Shown: positions 20,353-30,326, numbered from the stretch's first letter. The stretch is DNA of 64,000 bases from Candidatus Tepidifontimicrobium thermophilum (GCA_031459915.1 JAVKHO010000004.1:32001-96000); one strand, 5' to 3'. Numbers and translations are program-made. Notes: a model not told the origin generated them from the letters alone.

Positions 20353-21494
20353 CGCACGATCTCCTCGTAGGCGAGCAAAATGGCGTCGTAGTAGTCGCCA
20401 AGGGGCATCTGCAGGGAGTACCGCGCCAGATCCTCCGGCGTGACGCCCTTGAACAGCAGCGCCCGCGCCTGCGGGGAGACTAGCGGCATCACCCGGTTCG
20501 GATCGATGCCCGGGTACCACCCGAACTGCTCCACGATCACCTTCGCCTGGACCTGCGGGTTCGCCACGAAGTCCACATACCGCGCACCCCAATCCCGGTT
20601 GGCCGCCTCCCGCGGAACCACCAGGTAGAGGGGGTAGATCGGCAGACCGGGGGCGATGAGGACGGGCGTGATGTCCGGGTTCATCCGGCCCTCGTTCTTC
20701 CACGCCACCAGCTGGTCCACCCACACCGCTCCCATCCAGATCTCGCCGCGGTTCAGCGCGTCCAGGGTCCCCGCGTTGCCCGAGGTGATGACCACGTTCC
20801 GGTTGAACTCCCGTAGCTGCTCGATCGCCTGGCGGATCAGGGGATCGTACTTGCGGTCGTAGGGACCCTGGGTGAACAGGTCATACCGCCCCGTCTTGTA
20901 GTAGACCCACGCCATGACGAAGCCGATGCCGGAGACGCCCCCCTTGATGCCGTTGTAGCCGAACCGGCGAGGGTTGGCCCGCACCCACGCCTCCAACTCC
21001 GCAAAGGTGCGCGGCGGCTTCTGGACGTAGGCCGGGTTGTACGCGATGGCGATCTGGTTCTTGAACATGGGCACCACGTAGCCCTTTACCTCCACCCCGA
21101 AAGCCCGCTCGGTGTCGGGTCCAACCACGTACCGGCCGAACTGCATCTGCGGGACGAACCGGTGCAGGAGGCGCTCTCGCACCATCTGGGCCGCGTACCG
21201 CATGGATATCAGCGCCACGTCCAGGTCCCAGGGCTTCCGTCCTGCGTCCGCCTGCGCCTTGATCTTCGTGTAGACAGCCCGGCTGGCTGCCTCGCCGGTA
21301 CCGGTGCCCACCGCGTGCACGGTCACGCCCGGATGGTTCTTGGCGAAGGCGACACCCAGGTAGTTGTTGTGGGCCTCCACCACGTTCACGTCCGCCGCAA
21401 TCGCCACCTGGATCGTGACCCGGGACTGCGCGAACCCGGCTGCCGCAAGGCCCCCTACGAGGACGACCGCCGCCGCCAGAGGTTTCCAACGCAT
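20349..21494 (-). CDS. ABC extracellular solute-binding protein (PotD/AfuA/YnjB-like)
   Basis: Signal peptide; IAYNP..V..PPRTFAEL; LNRGE. Confidence 0.85.
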   Translation of the reverse strand: MRWKPLAAAVVLVGGLAAAGFAQSRVTIQVAIAADVNVVEAHNNYLGVAFAKNHPGVTVHAVGTGTGEAASRAVYTKIKAQADAGRKPWDLDVALISMRYAAQMVRERLLHRFVPQMQFGRYVVGPDTERAFGVEVKGYVVPMFKNQIAIAYNPAYVQKPPRTFAELEAWVRANPRRFGYNGIKGGVSGIGFVMAWVYYKTGRYDLFTQGPYDRKYDPLIRQAIEQLREFNRNVVITSGNAGTLDALNRGEIWMGAVWVDQLVAWKNEGRMNPDITPVLIAPGLPIYPLYLVVPREAANRDWGARYVDFVANPQVQAKVIVEQFGWYPGIDPNRVMPLVSPQARALLFKGVTPEDLARYSLQMPLGDYYDAILLAYEEIVR

Positions 21495-21500
21495 GGTTGC

Positions 21501-22019
21501 TCACCCCTTTCCGGTTCGTGTGGACTTGTCGCCGCGCACCCGACCGTGCGCCAACTCCCAGGCCAGGGCCACCGCCTCTGCCGCGTCCCGCGCCCGCACG
21601 ATGGGGTCACCCTGTAGCCCGGGTCGGGAAAGCTCCCAGGTCCCCAGCCCGACCACGGGGACACCCAGCTTCAGCGCGTAGGCGATCTCCGAAAGCGTCC
21701 CGTAGCTTCCACCCACCGCCACCACGGCATCGGAGGTGCGCACCACGATCACGTTGCGCGCCTCGCCGAGCCCCGTCACCACGGGTACGCCTACGTAGGG
21801 GTTGGCCTCCTCTGCCCGCGTCCCGGGCAGGATCCCCACCACCAGGCCACCCTCCTCCACAGCCCCCCGGGCGGCTGCCTCCATCACCCCTCCGAGCCCC
21901 CCGCACACCAACACCCCGCCGCGGCGGGCGATCTCACGCCCGACCTGCTCCGCCATCCGGCACATCTCCGGCCGGGCGTCCTGCTCGCCGATCACCCCGA
22001 TGTGCAGGCGCCTACTCAC
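21501..22019 (-). CDS. TIGR00725-family LOG/SLOG-like protein
   Basis: CGGLGGVMEA, GEARN, GGSYGTLSE. Confidence 0.88.
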   Translation of the reverse strand: MSRRLHIGVIGEQDARPEMCRMAEQVGREIARRGGVLVCGGLGGVMEAAARGAVEEGGLVVGILPGTRAEEANPYVGVPVVTGLGEARNVIVVRTSDAVVAVGGSYGTLSEIAYALKLGVPVVGLGTWELSRPGLQGDPIVRARDAAEAVALAWELAHGRVRGDKSTRTGKG

Positions 22020-22707
22020 GGTACACCTCGTAGCAGGCGTCCACAGGGAGGCCCGCGTCCACGAAGGCCACTCCCTCCACCAGCAACAGCGGCGTGCCAG
22101 GAGGCACCTCCAGGAGCCGTGCTTCGGGAGCCGTCGCTCTCACCGGCCGGTACACTCGCTCACAACGAGTGAACCGGTAGCCGTAGTGCTCCTCCACGAG
22201 GCGGTACAGGGAGTCGGACGCAAGGTCCAGCCCGTCCAGGCCGGGGCAGATGCGCACCGGGATGCACGACACGTGGTACGCAACCGGGTGGCCAGCCACG
22301 AGGCGAAGCCGCCGGATCCGGTACACCAGCTCCCCGGGGGCGAGTGCCAGGGCCCTACGCACCGCCTCCGAGGGCCGCTCGCGTCGCACGCTCAGGAGGT
22401 GGTTCTGCACTTCCACGCCGTGGGCCCGCATCTCCTCGGTGAAGGACAGCACGGTCCAGAAACGGCGCAGCGCTCTGGGTCGGCTGGCAAAGGTGCCCAC
22501 GCCATGGCGGCGCTGGACCAAGCCTTCTGCGGCCAGCGCGGCGATGGCCTGTCGCACCGTCATCCGGCTGCACCCGAACCGACGGGCCAGCTCCCCCTCG
22601 GAGGGCAGCCGTGCGCCTTCGGGGAACTGCCCCTGGCGGATCCACCGTTCCACGGCGCGGCGGACCGCCAGGTATCTGGGCCCTGTCTGGACGTCTAGAC
22701 GTCCCAC
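22012..22707 (-). CDS. GntR-family regulator, HutC/UTRA type
   Basis: LPSEGELARRFGCSRMTVRQA, GVGTF, SFTEEM, SLYRLV; probable leaderless GTG at 22707. Confidence 0.9.
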   Translation of the reverse strand: MGRLDVQTGPRYLAVRRAVERWIRQGQFPEGARLPSEGELARRFGCSRMTVRQAIAALAAEGLVQRRHGVGTFASRPRALRRFWTVLSFTEEMRAHGVEVQNHLLSVRRERPSEAVRRALALAPGELVYRIRRLRLVAGHPVAYHVSCIPVRICPGLDGLDLASDSLYRLVEEHYGYRFTRCERVYRPVRATAPEARLLEVPPGTPLLLVEGVAFVDAGLPVDACYEVYRE

Positions 22708-22742
22708 GGGCGCAGGATAGCTCGCGGGGACCCGCGGGTCAA
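22689..22742 (-). promoter_or_regulatory. Promoter and palindromic operator of the UTRA-GntR gene
   Basis: TTGACC (22742-22737), 17 nt, TATCCT (22719-22714), 6 nt, GTG. Perfect palindrome GGACGTCTAGACGTCC at 22689-22704. Confidence 0.7.
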
Positions 22743-22756
22743 GGGAAAAAACCCAG

Positions 22757-22831
22757 TGGTCGGGGCGGCCGGATTCGAACCGGCGACCTTCGGCTCCCAA
22801 AGCCGATGCGCTTCCGCTGCGCCACACCCCG
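22757..22831 (-). tRNA. tRNA-Pro (anticodon TGG)
   Basis: Cloverleaf CGGGGTG...TCGGC-TTTGGGA-GCCGA...GCCGG-TTCGAAT-CCGGC-CGCCCCG-ACCA; CCA is encoded. Confidence 0.96.
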
Positions 22832-22838
22832 CGCCTCC

Positions 22839-22867
22839 ACTGTACGGAGGCGCCCCCGGACCGTCAA
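22839..22867 (-). promoter_or_regulatory. tRNA-Pro promoter
   Basis: TTGACG (22867-22862), 17 nt, TACAGT (22844-22839), then a GC-rich discriminator. Confidence 0.65.
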
Positions 22868-22916
22868 CCGCAAGGAGAACCCCAGGGCCACCCCGAAGAT
22901 CCCTGTGAGGGACGCG

Positions 22917-24557
22917 GTGGACACACGGTTCGAACGGCTCAGCGACGAGATCCTGACGGCAGCGTTCGACTTCTACCCCACCTGGGCGGCGCGGCTCGGG
23001 CTGCACGCCTACGACGGCCGGCTGGGTTCCTTCAACCTGTCGGCCCTGGACGCACGGCTGCGGACGATCCGGGAACACGAGCGGGCCCTGCGGGAGGCCC
23101 CTAGCGAGGACCTCTCTCCCCGGCAGCGGGTGGACCGTGAACTCCTCCTCGCCTTCCTCGAGCGCGAACGGTTCGACCTGGAGGACCTGCGGAGCTTCCA
23201 GCGCAACCCGCTGGCGTACGCAGACGCCCTGGACGTGACCCTGTACGTGAAGCGAGAGTATGCGCCCCTCGAACAGCGTGCCGCGGCGCTGACGGAGCAC
23301 CTCCGCCAGCTGCCGGCGTTCCTTACCGAGGCGCGCAGGAACCTCGAGCCGCACTGCCCCCGGCCCTTTGTGACCACCGCGCTGGAGATGTTCACGGGGG
23401 GCCTGGACTTCCTCCGGGACCAGCTCCCGACTGCGGTGCGGGAGGTCTCCCCACCGGTCCGGGCGCGGCTGGAGGACGCCTGGAGCGCCGCAGTCAAGGC
23501 GGTGGCCGCGTTCGTGGGATTCCTGCGGGACGAGCTGTTGACGCGCGCCACCGACGAGTTCGCCCTGGGCCCGGACCTGTACCGCCGCATGCTGTGGGCA
23601 GGCGAGCGGATCGATGTGGACCTGGAGTCCCTCCGCAGGCGGGCTGAGGAGGAGCTGGGGCGGCTACAGGGGGAGCTGGAGGAGGCGACCCGTCGCGTGG
23701 ATCCCCACCGGCCGCCCGGGGACGTTGTCCGCAGCCTGTGCCGGGAGCACCCCGCGGAGGGGGAGCTTGTTGGCTGCGTGCAGTCCATCCTCGCGGAGCT
23801 GCGCGAGTTCCTCTACCGCAACCCCGTGGTCACGGTGCCGGAGCCGTCTGACTGCCGCGTGGAACCCACGCCCCCGTTCCTGCGCTGGGCCTTCGCCATG
23901 ATGGACACCGCGGGCCCCTTCGAGGAGCAAGAGGTGGCGTCCTTTTTCTACGTCACGCTGCCAGACCCCGCCTGGTCCCCGGAGGAGAAGGAAGCGTGGC
24001 TGTCCCGCTTCGACGTGCACACCCTCCGGAACACCAGCGTCCACGAGGCGTACCCGGGCCACCACGTGCACTTCCTGCGGCTGCGCCAGGTACCCTCCCG
24101 GGTCGGCAAGGCCCTCACCTCCTACGCCTTCGTGGAGGGGTGGGCCCACTACTGCGAGGAGATGATGCTGGAGTGTGGGTACGGGGAGGGAGATCCCAAG
24201 CTCCGGGTCGCGCAGCTGGTAGACGCCCTGGTCCGCGCGGTGCGTTTCCGGGCCTCCCTGGGGCTCCACACGGAGGGCTGGACCCTCGACCAGTCCGCGC
24301 GCCGGTTCGTGGAGGACGCTTACCTGGAACCCCTGCCGGCCCTGAAGGAGGCTGAACGTGGGACCTTCGACCCCGGGTACCTTTCCTACACCCTCGGTAA
24401 GCAGCTCGTCAAAGAGCTGCGGGCGGAGTGGGAGCGCCGGCTCGGGAACGCCTTCCGGCTGCGGGACTTCCACGACCGGCTGCTGGACCTGGGCGCTCCG
24501 CCCGTGCCTGTTGCCCGTCGGGTGCTGCTGGGTGAAGCCGGGCCGCAGGCGCCCTGA
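22917..24557 (+). CDS. DUF885-family protein (metallopeptidase-like)
   Basis: HEAYPGHH, FVEGWAHY.E, YLSYTLGK, LRDFHDRLL; GTG start chosen after GAGG. Confidence 0.88.
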   Translation: MDTRFERLSDEILTAAFDFYPTWAARLGLHAYDGRLGSFNLSALDARLRTIREHERALREAPSEDLSPRQRVDRELLLAFLERERFDLEDLRSFQRNPLAYADALDVTLYVKREYAPLEQRAAALTEHLRQLPAFLTEARRNLEPHCPRPFVTTALEMFTGGLDFLRDQLPTAVREVSPPVRARLEDAWSAAVKAVAAFVGFLRDELLTRATDEFALGPDLYRRMLWAGERIDVDLESLRRRAEEELGRLQGELEEATRRVDPHRPPGDVVRSLCREHPAEGELVGCVQSILAELREFLYRNPVVTVPEPSDCRVEPTPPFLRWAFAMMDTAGPFEEQEVASFFYVTLPDPAWSPEEKEAWLSRFDVHTLRNTSVHEAYPGHHVHFLRLRQVPSRVGKALTSYAFVEGWAHYCEEMMLECGYGEGDPKLRVAQLVDALVRAVRFRASLGLHTEGWTLDQSARRFVEDAYLEPLPALKEAERGTFDPGYLSYTLGKQLVKELRAEWERRLGNAFRLRDFHDRLLDLGAPPVPVARRVLLGEAGPQAP

Positions 24558-24570
24558 AGGCCTGACCCAG

Positions 24571-25275
24571 CTAGGCCCCGGACCCCTGCCCCTGCTGTTG
24601 CGCCTTTCGGGCCGCGGCCCGGGCCTTCGCTTCCTCGATGAGCCGCTGTCGCTCCGCCGCTTTGGGGTCCGTGGCTGCGGGCGGCTGCCGCGAAGCCGCC
24701 GCAGCGGGTGTGGGTGCCTCCTCCGGAGGTGCGGCCTCGCCCTTGGCCTTCGCCTCCTTGGCCAGCTCGGTGGTGCGCTGCATGGCCGTGCTGTCCCCCA
24801 ACCACTCCAGACGCAGGAACGCCTCCACCCGCCGGCGCGCCTCCTCCAGGGACTGGGGGTTTCCGGCCTGAGCTTCCTCCGCCAGGGTCCGATCCAGGCG
24901 GTAGCTCACCAGGCGCTGGCCGTCCGTGACGTGGACCAGGGGGTGCCCTTTGGAGTCCTGGTAGACCAAAATCCGCGCCTGGATCCCCAGGCGCTGCGCG
25001 ATGGGAGCTACCTCCTCGTACACCCACTGAAGGAAGGGCGGCAGCTGGCGGTTCGCCCCAGGGTCCAGTGTGGCCGCCACGCTGCGGCCCGTCAGCGGGT
25101 CCTCAAAGCGCGGTCTGTGCCGCGCCCGGCGCTGCTCGGCCTTCCGGAGCTGCTCCGCGATCTCCTCACGCACGTCCAGGGCCGCCACCAGGAAGGAGGC
25201 CGCGTAGATGAGGAACACTGCGAAGGTCAGCGCCCAGTACGTCCAGAAGGGGTTGTTGAAGAACACGTTGGACAC
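24571..25275 (-). CDS. Hypothetical membrane-anchored protein
   Basis: N-terminal TM helix, charged helical segment, Ala/Pro linker; GGAGG RBS. Confidence 0.65.
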   Translation of the reverse strand: MSNVFFNNPFWTYWALTFAVFLIYAASFLVAALDVREEIAEQLRKAEQRRARHRPRFEDPLTGRSVAATLDPGANRQLPPFLQWVYEEVAPIAQRLGIQARILVYQDSKGHPLVHVTDGQRLVSYRLDRTLAEEAQAGNPQSLEEARRRVEAFLRLEWLGDSTAMQRTTELAKEAKAKGEAAPPEEAPTPAAAASRQPPAATDPKAAERQRLIEEAKARAAARKAQQQGQGSGA

Positions 25276-25317
25276 GGCAACCCTCCCGACCGTCCTGGTG
25301 TCAGTGTACCAGCGGCT

Positions 25318-25929
25318 TCAAGGGTCGCGCTGCTCCCGCACCAGGGTCAGGAGGAACTCCCGCGCCTTGCGCACGGCCTGGCCGCGGTGGCTGATGAGGT
25401 CCTTCTCCTGCGGGTTGAGCTCCGCCACGGTCCGATCCAGCTCCGGGAGGTAAAAGATAGGGTCGTACCCGAATCCCCCGGTGCCGCGGGGCTCCAGCGC
25501 GATGGCTCCCTCGCAGGTCCCCTCGAACGTGTGCACACGGCCGTCCGGGAAGGCCACCGCCACCACGGCCCGGTACCTCGCGGTGCGGTTCTCAGGTGGC
25601 ACCCCTTCCAGGCGTCGGAGGATCTCCCGGTTCCGGTCCTCGTCCGTGGCGTCGTCTCCCAGGAACCGGGCGGACCGCGCGCCCGGCTGGCCCTCCAGGT
25701 AGTCCACCTCCAGGCCCGAGTCGTCCGCCAGGGCGACCTCGTTGAGCCAGCGGGCCACCGCCAGGGCCTTGGAGCGGGCGTTGGCCTCGTAGGTCCCCCC
25801 CTCCTCCGGCAGCGGGGGGACTTGCGGGTAGTCGCGGAGGGTCCGGACCTCCAGGGGCAGGTCGGCCAGCATGCGCTGCAGCTCCGCGCTCTTGGCCTCG
25901 TTGCGGGTGGCGAGGACGATGCGCTTCAC
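25318..25929 (-). CDS. rdgB: XTP/dITP diphosphatase
   Basis: [23 protein letters not shown]; directly follows rph. Confidence 0.95.
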   Translation of the reverse strand: MKRIVLATRNEAKSAELQRMLADLPLEVRTLRDYPQVPPLPEEGGTYEANARSKALAVARWLNEVALADDSGLEVDYLEGQPGARSARFLGDDATDEDRNREILRRLEGVPPENRTARYRAVVAVAFPDGRVHTFEGTCEGAIALEPRGTGGFGYDPIFYLPELDRTVAELNPQEKDLISHRGQAVRKAREFLLTLVREQRDP

Positions 25930-26648
25930 GAGCCCTGCAGGGTCCGCTTCTGGAGCTCGATGAGCTGTCGGATGCCCGCCTCGCCCAGGGCCAGGAGCTG
26001 CCGGAGTTCCTCGCGGGTGAAAGGGCGCCCCTCCGCGGTCCCCTGGACTTCCACCAGCTCGCCCGCGTCCGTCATCACGAGGTTCATGTCCACGTCGGCG
26101 CGGGCGTCCTCCTCGTAGGCGAGGTCCAGCATGGGCACCCCGCCCACGATCCCCACGCTGGTGGCGGCCACGAAGTTGCGCACGGGCCACCCCGAGAGCG
26201 CCTGGGTCCTGTGCAGCAGGCTCAGCGCGTCCACCAGGGCCACGAAGGCACCGGTCACCGCCGCGGTGCGGGTTCCCCCGTCCGCCTGCAGGACGTCGCA
26301 GTCCAGCCACACGGTGCGCTCGCCCAGCTTCTTCAGGTCCACCGCGGCCCGCAGGGATCTCCCGATGAGCCGCTGGATCTCCGCGGCCCGGCCGCCCGGT
26401 TTGCCGGTGGGGTCCCTGGGGATGCGTTCGCGGGAGGACCGGGGCAGCATCCCGTACTCAGCGGTGATCCAGCCCTGGCCCGAGCCCCGCAGCCAGGCGG
26501 GCACCCGCTCTTCGATGGTGGCCGCGCACACCACCCGGGTGTCCCCGAGCTCGATGAGCACCGACCCCTCCGCGTACTTCAGGTAGCCCCGCACCATCCG
26601 GCACGGCCGCAGCTCGTCCGGCGCACGACCGTCGGCCCGTCGGACCAA
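25926..26648 (-). CDS. rph: Ribonuclease PH
   Basis: [35 protein letters not shown]. Confidence 0.97.
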   Translation of the reverse strand: MVRRADGRAPDELRPCRMVRGYLKYAEGSVLIELGDTRVVCAATIEERVPAWLRGSGQGWITAEYGMLPRSSRERIPRDPTGKPGGRAAEIQRLIGRSLRAAVDLKKLGERTVWLDCDVLQADGGTRTAAVTGAFVALVDALSLLHRTQALSGWPVRNFVAATSVGIVGGVPMLDLAYEEDARADVDMNLVMTDAGELVEVQGTAEGRPFTREELRQLLALGEAGIRQLIELQKRTLQGS

Positions 26649-26655
26649 GCCTCTT

Positions 26656-27405
26656 TCAGACCTCGTAGGCTCCTCCCTCCTCCACGGCCCCCACCGGACC
26701 GCCGAACGCCTTCTGCGCGGCCGCCACGGACTCCTGGGGGTCGGTGGTGGGGAAGAAGTGGGTGAGCAACAGCCGCCGGACCCCCGCCTCCTGGGCCAGG
26801 GCTCCAGCCAGGGAGCCCGTCAGGTGGCCCGCGGCGTCCGCGCGGTCCCGGTACGCCTCGGACAGCGTGGCCTCGGCCAGCAACACGTCGGCCCCCCGGC
26901 TCAGCTCGCGCACCGCGTCTGAGGGCGCGGTGTCCGCGGTGTACACCAGCACGGCACCCTGCGACTCCAGCCGCACCGCGTAGGTCTCCACGGGGTGCCG
27001 GGTCCTGCGAAACCGCACCCGCAGCCCGTCCAGCTCCACGGGCTCGGCCTCCGCGATGGCGTAGAAGTCGAACTCCTCGAGGACCGGCTCGCCCACCACG
27101 TGCGCGAGGTACTCCGCGGCCTGCGCGGGACCCAGCACCGCCAGGCGGCCGGCCCAGCTGGCCGGCCGCCGGCCCCACCGGAGGGCCACCCGCAGGGCCG
27201 GGAGGTCCGCCACGTGGTCCGGGTGCAGGTGCGACACCACCACAGCGTCCAGGTCGTACGGGCTCACCCGGAGGAGCAGCCGGGACAGCGCGCCGTGCCC
27301 CAGGTCCAGGAGCACGCGCCGGCCTGCGGCCTCCACCAGGTAGCCCGAGCATGCCTCCCCCGGCCGTGGGTAGCCTCCGCATCGCCCCAGCACCCAGACC
27401 CGCAT
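26656..27405 (-). CDS. MBL-fold metallo-hydrolase (RNase Z-like)
   Basis: SHLHPDH, YTADT, GHLT, LLTH. Confidence 0.9.
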   Translation of the reverse strand: MRVWVLGRCGGYPRPGEACSGYLVEAAGRRVLLDLGHGALSRLLLRVSPYDLDAVVVSHLHPDHVADLPALRVALRWGRRPASWAGRLAVLGPAQAAEYLAHVVGEPVLEEFDFYAIAEAEPVELDGLRVRFRRTRHPVETYAVRLESQGAVLVYTADTAPSDAVRELSRGADVLLAEATLSEAYRDRADAAGHLTGSLAGALAQEAGVRRLLLTHFFPTTDPQESVAAAQKAFGGPVGAVEEGGAYEV

Positions 27406-27424
27406 GGACACCTCCTCCAAGCCG

Positions 27425-29209
27425 CTAGGGTTGCAGCGCGGGGACGTGGCGGATGAAGCGCACCACGCCCCGCGCGATGGCCTCTGCGACCCGCTGGCGG
27501 AAGGCCGCGGTGCGCAGCAGGGCCTCGTCCTCCAGATTGGTAAGGTAACCCACCTCCACCAGCACCGCGGGTATGGGGCTGTCGCGCAGGACCTTGAAGT
27601 TGGCGGTTCGGATCCCACGGTCCGGGATCCCCAACCGGCCCAGCTCCTCCTGGATCCACGTGGCCAGCTGCACGCTGTTCGGTTTCAGGTAGTACGTCTC
27701 CAAGCCTCGGATCACTCCGCGGGTGGTGGCGTTCGCGTGCACGCTGACGAACACGGTCGCCCCCGCCCGCAGGGCGATGGGGACTCGGTCCGCGAGGTCC
27801 ACGAACACGTCCGCCTCGCGGGTCATGACCGTACGGACACCCTGGCCCCGCAGGACGTCCCGCAGCCGCAGCCCGATGTCCAGCACCACGTCCTTCTCCA
27901 CCAGGCCTGTGGCCCCGATGGCGCCGGGGTCCTTGCCTCCGTGGCCGGGGTCAATCGCCACCACGTGGCCGGTCCGTGGCGGGGGTGCCGGCAGTTCGTC
28001 CACCACGACCACCAGCCGACTCCCCCCGTCTTCCAGTTGCACCTCGTAGCGGGTCCTGGCCTGCCACTGCACCACCACCCGAGCGACGTCCGGGTCCGTC
28101 TGGAACTGCGCCGCCCGCACCACTTCCACGGGGCCTCCCACCGCGAGCTCCTGCTTCACGGGCACGAAGACCCCGGGGATGTCGAGGACCAACCGGTCCG
28201 GGTCCGGTAGCTCCTTGACCTGGAATTCCAGCGGACGGTCGGCCTGCACCACGACCCGCACGCGGCCAACCTGCCGCTCCAGGCTCAGTCCCAGGATACG
28301 GGGTACGTCGGGTCCAGCGGGCGGTGCGGGTGAGCTGACGGGCGGGACGGTCTGGGGATCAGGGGAGGTGGCGGCCGGGTCCGGACTCGCGGCCGGAGGC
28401 GAAAAGGCAGGAGGAGACGCCGGCGGTCCGGTGGCCGCAGCCGACGGTGCCCTCGGGAGCAACCGCAACACCACCTCGGGCGGCCCTGAGACCACTTCCA
28501 CGTCCAGCGGCGCGTCCAGGTCCAGGACCACCCGGGTCACGTACGGCTTGACCTGGAACTGCGCCACCCGCACGCGCCGCACGCCGAACTCCCCGAGGCT
28601 CACCTCGCGGGTCTCGATGCGGGAAGCCGCGTTCACGAGGTCCACCACGAGGCGGTCCGGCTGGGACAGCACCGCCGTGCGGACTTCCACCGGCCCCGTG
28701 GCTTCCACCTGTAACCGCAGGCCGCCCGGTGCCCGATCCAGCACCAGCCGGAGCACCTGACTGACCACGTGCAGGGTCCCCTCTGTGGGCTCCCACTTCA
28801 CCCACGCGCCCAGGGCCCGGAACAGGAACTCCGCGGGGACCAGCAGCTTGCCGCCTGCAAGCTCAGGGGCCACAGGCAACACGCGGGGCTCGCCGTCCAC
28901 CAGCGCCACGCGGTCGCCCGCCCGGAACACAAGCCGTGTGCCCCGAGGGCCGACCACCTGCGCCGTCCGGGTTAGGGGATCCCACCGGCTGCTCGCGCCG
29001 TAGGGCTCCACCAGCCCCTCCAGCGGGGCCAGCAACACGCCGGCCCGGAACACGGGCGGGGGGTCCAGGCTCGGGGTGCGGCCGTTCACCACCACCGCGG
29101 GCGACGCGGGCTGCGCCCCCGCGGGCAGGCTCAGGCACAGGACCACCAGACCGACCCACAAGGCTGGCCGGCTTGAGGGTCGGCCGGGTCGGGCTGTCTG
29201 TCGGGCCAT
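27425..29209 (-). CDS. N-acetylmuramoyl-L-alanine amidase (stalk domain + two AMIN + Amidase_3)
   Basis: PDRLVVD/RVVLDL AMIN repeats; IDPGHGGKDPGA, EKD, SVHAN, LVEVGY. Confidence 0.92.
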   Translation of the reverse strand: MARQTARPGRPSSRPALWVGLVVLCLSLPAGAQPASPAVVVNGRTPSLDPPPVFRAGVLLAPLEGLVEPYGASSRWDPLTRTAQVVGPRGTRLVFRAGDRVALVDGEPRVLPVAPELAGGKLLVPAEFLFRALGAWVKWEPTEGTLHVVSQVLRLVLDRAPGGLRLQVEATGPVEVRTAVLSQPDRLVVDLVNAASRIETREVSLGEFGVRRVRVAQFQVKPYVTRVVLDLDAPLDVEVVSGPPEVVLRLLPRAPSAAATGPPASPPAFSPPAASPDPAATSPDPQTVPPVSSPAPPAGPDVPRILGLSLERQVGRVRVVVQADRPLEFQVKELPDPDRLVLDIPGVFVPVKQELAVGGPVEVVRAAQFQTDPDVARVVVQWQARTRYEVQLEDGGSRLVVVVDELPAPPPRTGHVVAIDPGHGGKDPGAIGATGLVEKDVVLDIGLRLRDVLRGQGVRTVMTREADVFVDLADRVPIALRAGATVFVSVHANATTRGVIRGLETYYLKPNSVQLATWIQEELGRLGIPDRGIRTANFKVLRDSPIPAVLVEVGYLTNLEDEALLRTAAFRQRVAEAIARGVVRFIRHVPALQP

Positions 29210-29306
29210 GGCTGCGTCCGCGCTCCCTCGCGTGCCCTCCGCGGGCAAGGCTCCGTCCGATCTCCGTGGGCCCGGCTCAGTGTTCGAGCTCGCGGTCTGT
29301 GTTCCC

Positions 29307-29336
29307 TGCCCCGGGCTCCCGACGGAGCCCGGGGCA
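29307..29336 (-). terminator. GC-rich hairpin downstream of the ferritin-like gene
   Basis: TGCCCCGGGCTCC-CGAC-GGAGCCCGGGGCA, a 13-bp perfect stem; no clear U-tract. Confidence 0.5.
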
Positions 29337-29356
29337 ATCGCCGTGCCAGAAGCCCC

Positions 29357-29851
29357 TCAGCCTCTCCTGTGGCGACGACCCAGGAGATTCTCCAGGAACT
29401 CCTCGTGCCGCACCTCGTCCGCCAGCAGCTCCGTGGCCAGCTGGTAGGTCACGGGGTCTTTGCCGAAGGTGAGCTTGGCCAATCGGTTGTACGCCTCGAT
29501 GGCGTTGCGCTCCGCCCGGATCTGGTCCTCCACCATTCCGTCCGCGTCACTCCAGTCCGCCCGCGGGGCGGTCCACGGCCCGTTGGCACCGGCTTCCCAG
29601 TCCCTGGGGTGCACCACCGGGTCCCCTCCCAGCTCCACGATGCGGCGGGCCAGCTTGCCCGCGTGCCCCAGCTCCTCCTTGGCCTCCTCCTCGAAGTGCT
29701 CCACCAGCTCCTCCCCGTGCCAGCCCTCCGCCACCTGGGCGGTGATCCAGTAGGAGTAGAAGGCGAGCAGCTCGTCCAGGTAGGCCTTCCGCAGCTCGCC
29801 CACCAGCTCGTCCACGTTCAGGTCCACGATGCTCCTGCCCTTCTCACCCAT
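29357..29851 (-). CDS. Ferritin-like di-iron protein (Dps-like/bacterioferritin-related)
   Basis: DE..A.YSY, EE.GHA..LARRI.ELGG, AER.AI, DE.RHE. Confidence 0.85.
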   Translation of the reverse strand: MGEKGRSIVDLNVDELVGELRKAYLDELLAFYSYWITAQVAEGWHGEELVEHFEEEAKEELGHAGKLARRIVELGGDPVVHPRDWEAGANGPWTAPRADWSDADGMVEDQIRAERNAIEAYNRLAKLTFGKDPVTYQLATELLADEVRHEEFLENLLGRRHRRG

Positions 29852-30326
29852 GTCGCCTCCTCCCTTCGTGGGGTTTCGAGTCCGTCCGCCCGCGTCGCCC
29901 GTCCCCGGTCCCGCACCGTGCGCAGGTACCCTGCACCACGACACCCCGGTCCGCGCGGAACCTCCTCCGCCTCGCCACCCGACTTACGGAGGCGAGGAGC
30001 TGGGGGTCCTGGACGTCCTCGATCCGACCGCAACGCACGCACTCCAGATTGACGTGCGGCGCGCCCGGGTCGAACCGGGTGACTCCGTCCGCCGCCGGCA
30101 GGGGTGTGACGAGCCCGACGCGGGCCAAAATGTCCAGGGTCTTGTACACGGTGGCACGGCTGACCATGGGATGGCTGGCCCGTACCCGGCGGTAGAGCCG
30201 GTCCGCGGTGGGGTGATCCCCGACCTCGCAAAGGGCCGCCCACACGGTCCAGCGCTGCGGGGTGAGGCGGTACCCGGCCCGGGCCAGGCGGCGTCGCAGG
30301 TCAGCGAACCCGATTTGGAGATTCAT
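29844..30326 (-). CDS. Fur/PerR-family regulator
   Basis: RLTPQR, HPTAD, SRATVYKTL, two CxxC motifs; start codon uncertain. Confidence 0.9.
   Translation of the reverse strand: MNLQIGFADLRRRLARAGYRLTPQRWTVWAALCEVGDHPTADRLYRRVRASHPMVSRATVYKTLDILARVGLVTPLPAADGVTRFDPGAPHVNLECVRCGRIEDVQDPQLLASVSRVARRRRFRADRGVVVQGTCARCGTGDGRRGRTDSKPHEGRRRHG

Noticed and set aside
22012..22827. 271-aa GntR and 648-aa DUF885 ORFs as listed in the track
   Set aside because: Their N-terminal extensions overlap tRNA-Pro; starts were reassigned to 22707 and 22917.
17616..22831. Island integrated at tRNA-Pro
   Set aside because: No integrase and no att-like repeat of the tRNA 3' end found by eye.
28300..28460. Pro/Ala/Ser-rich quasi-repeat in the amidase gene
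   Set aside because: An ordinary low-complexity linker between AMIN domains, not a DNA repeat array.
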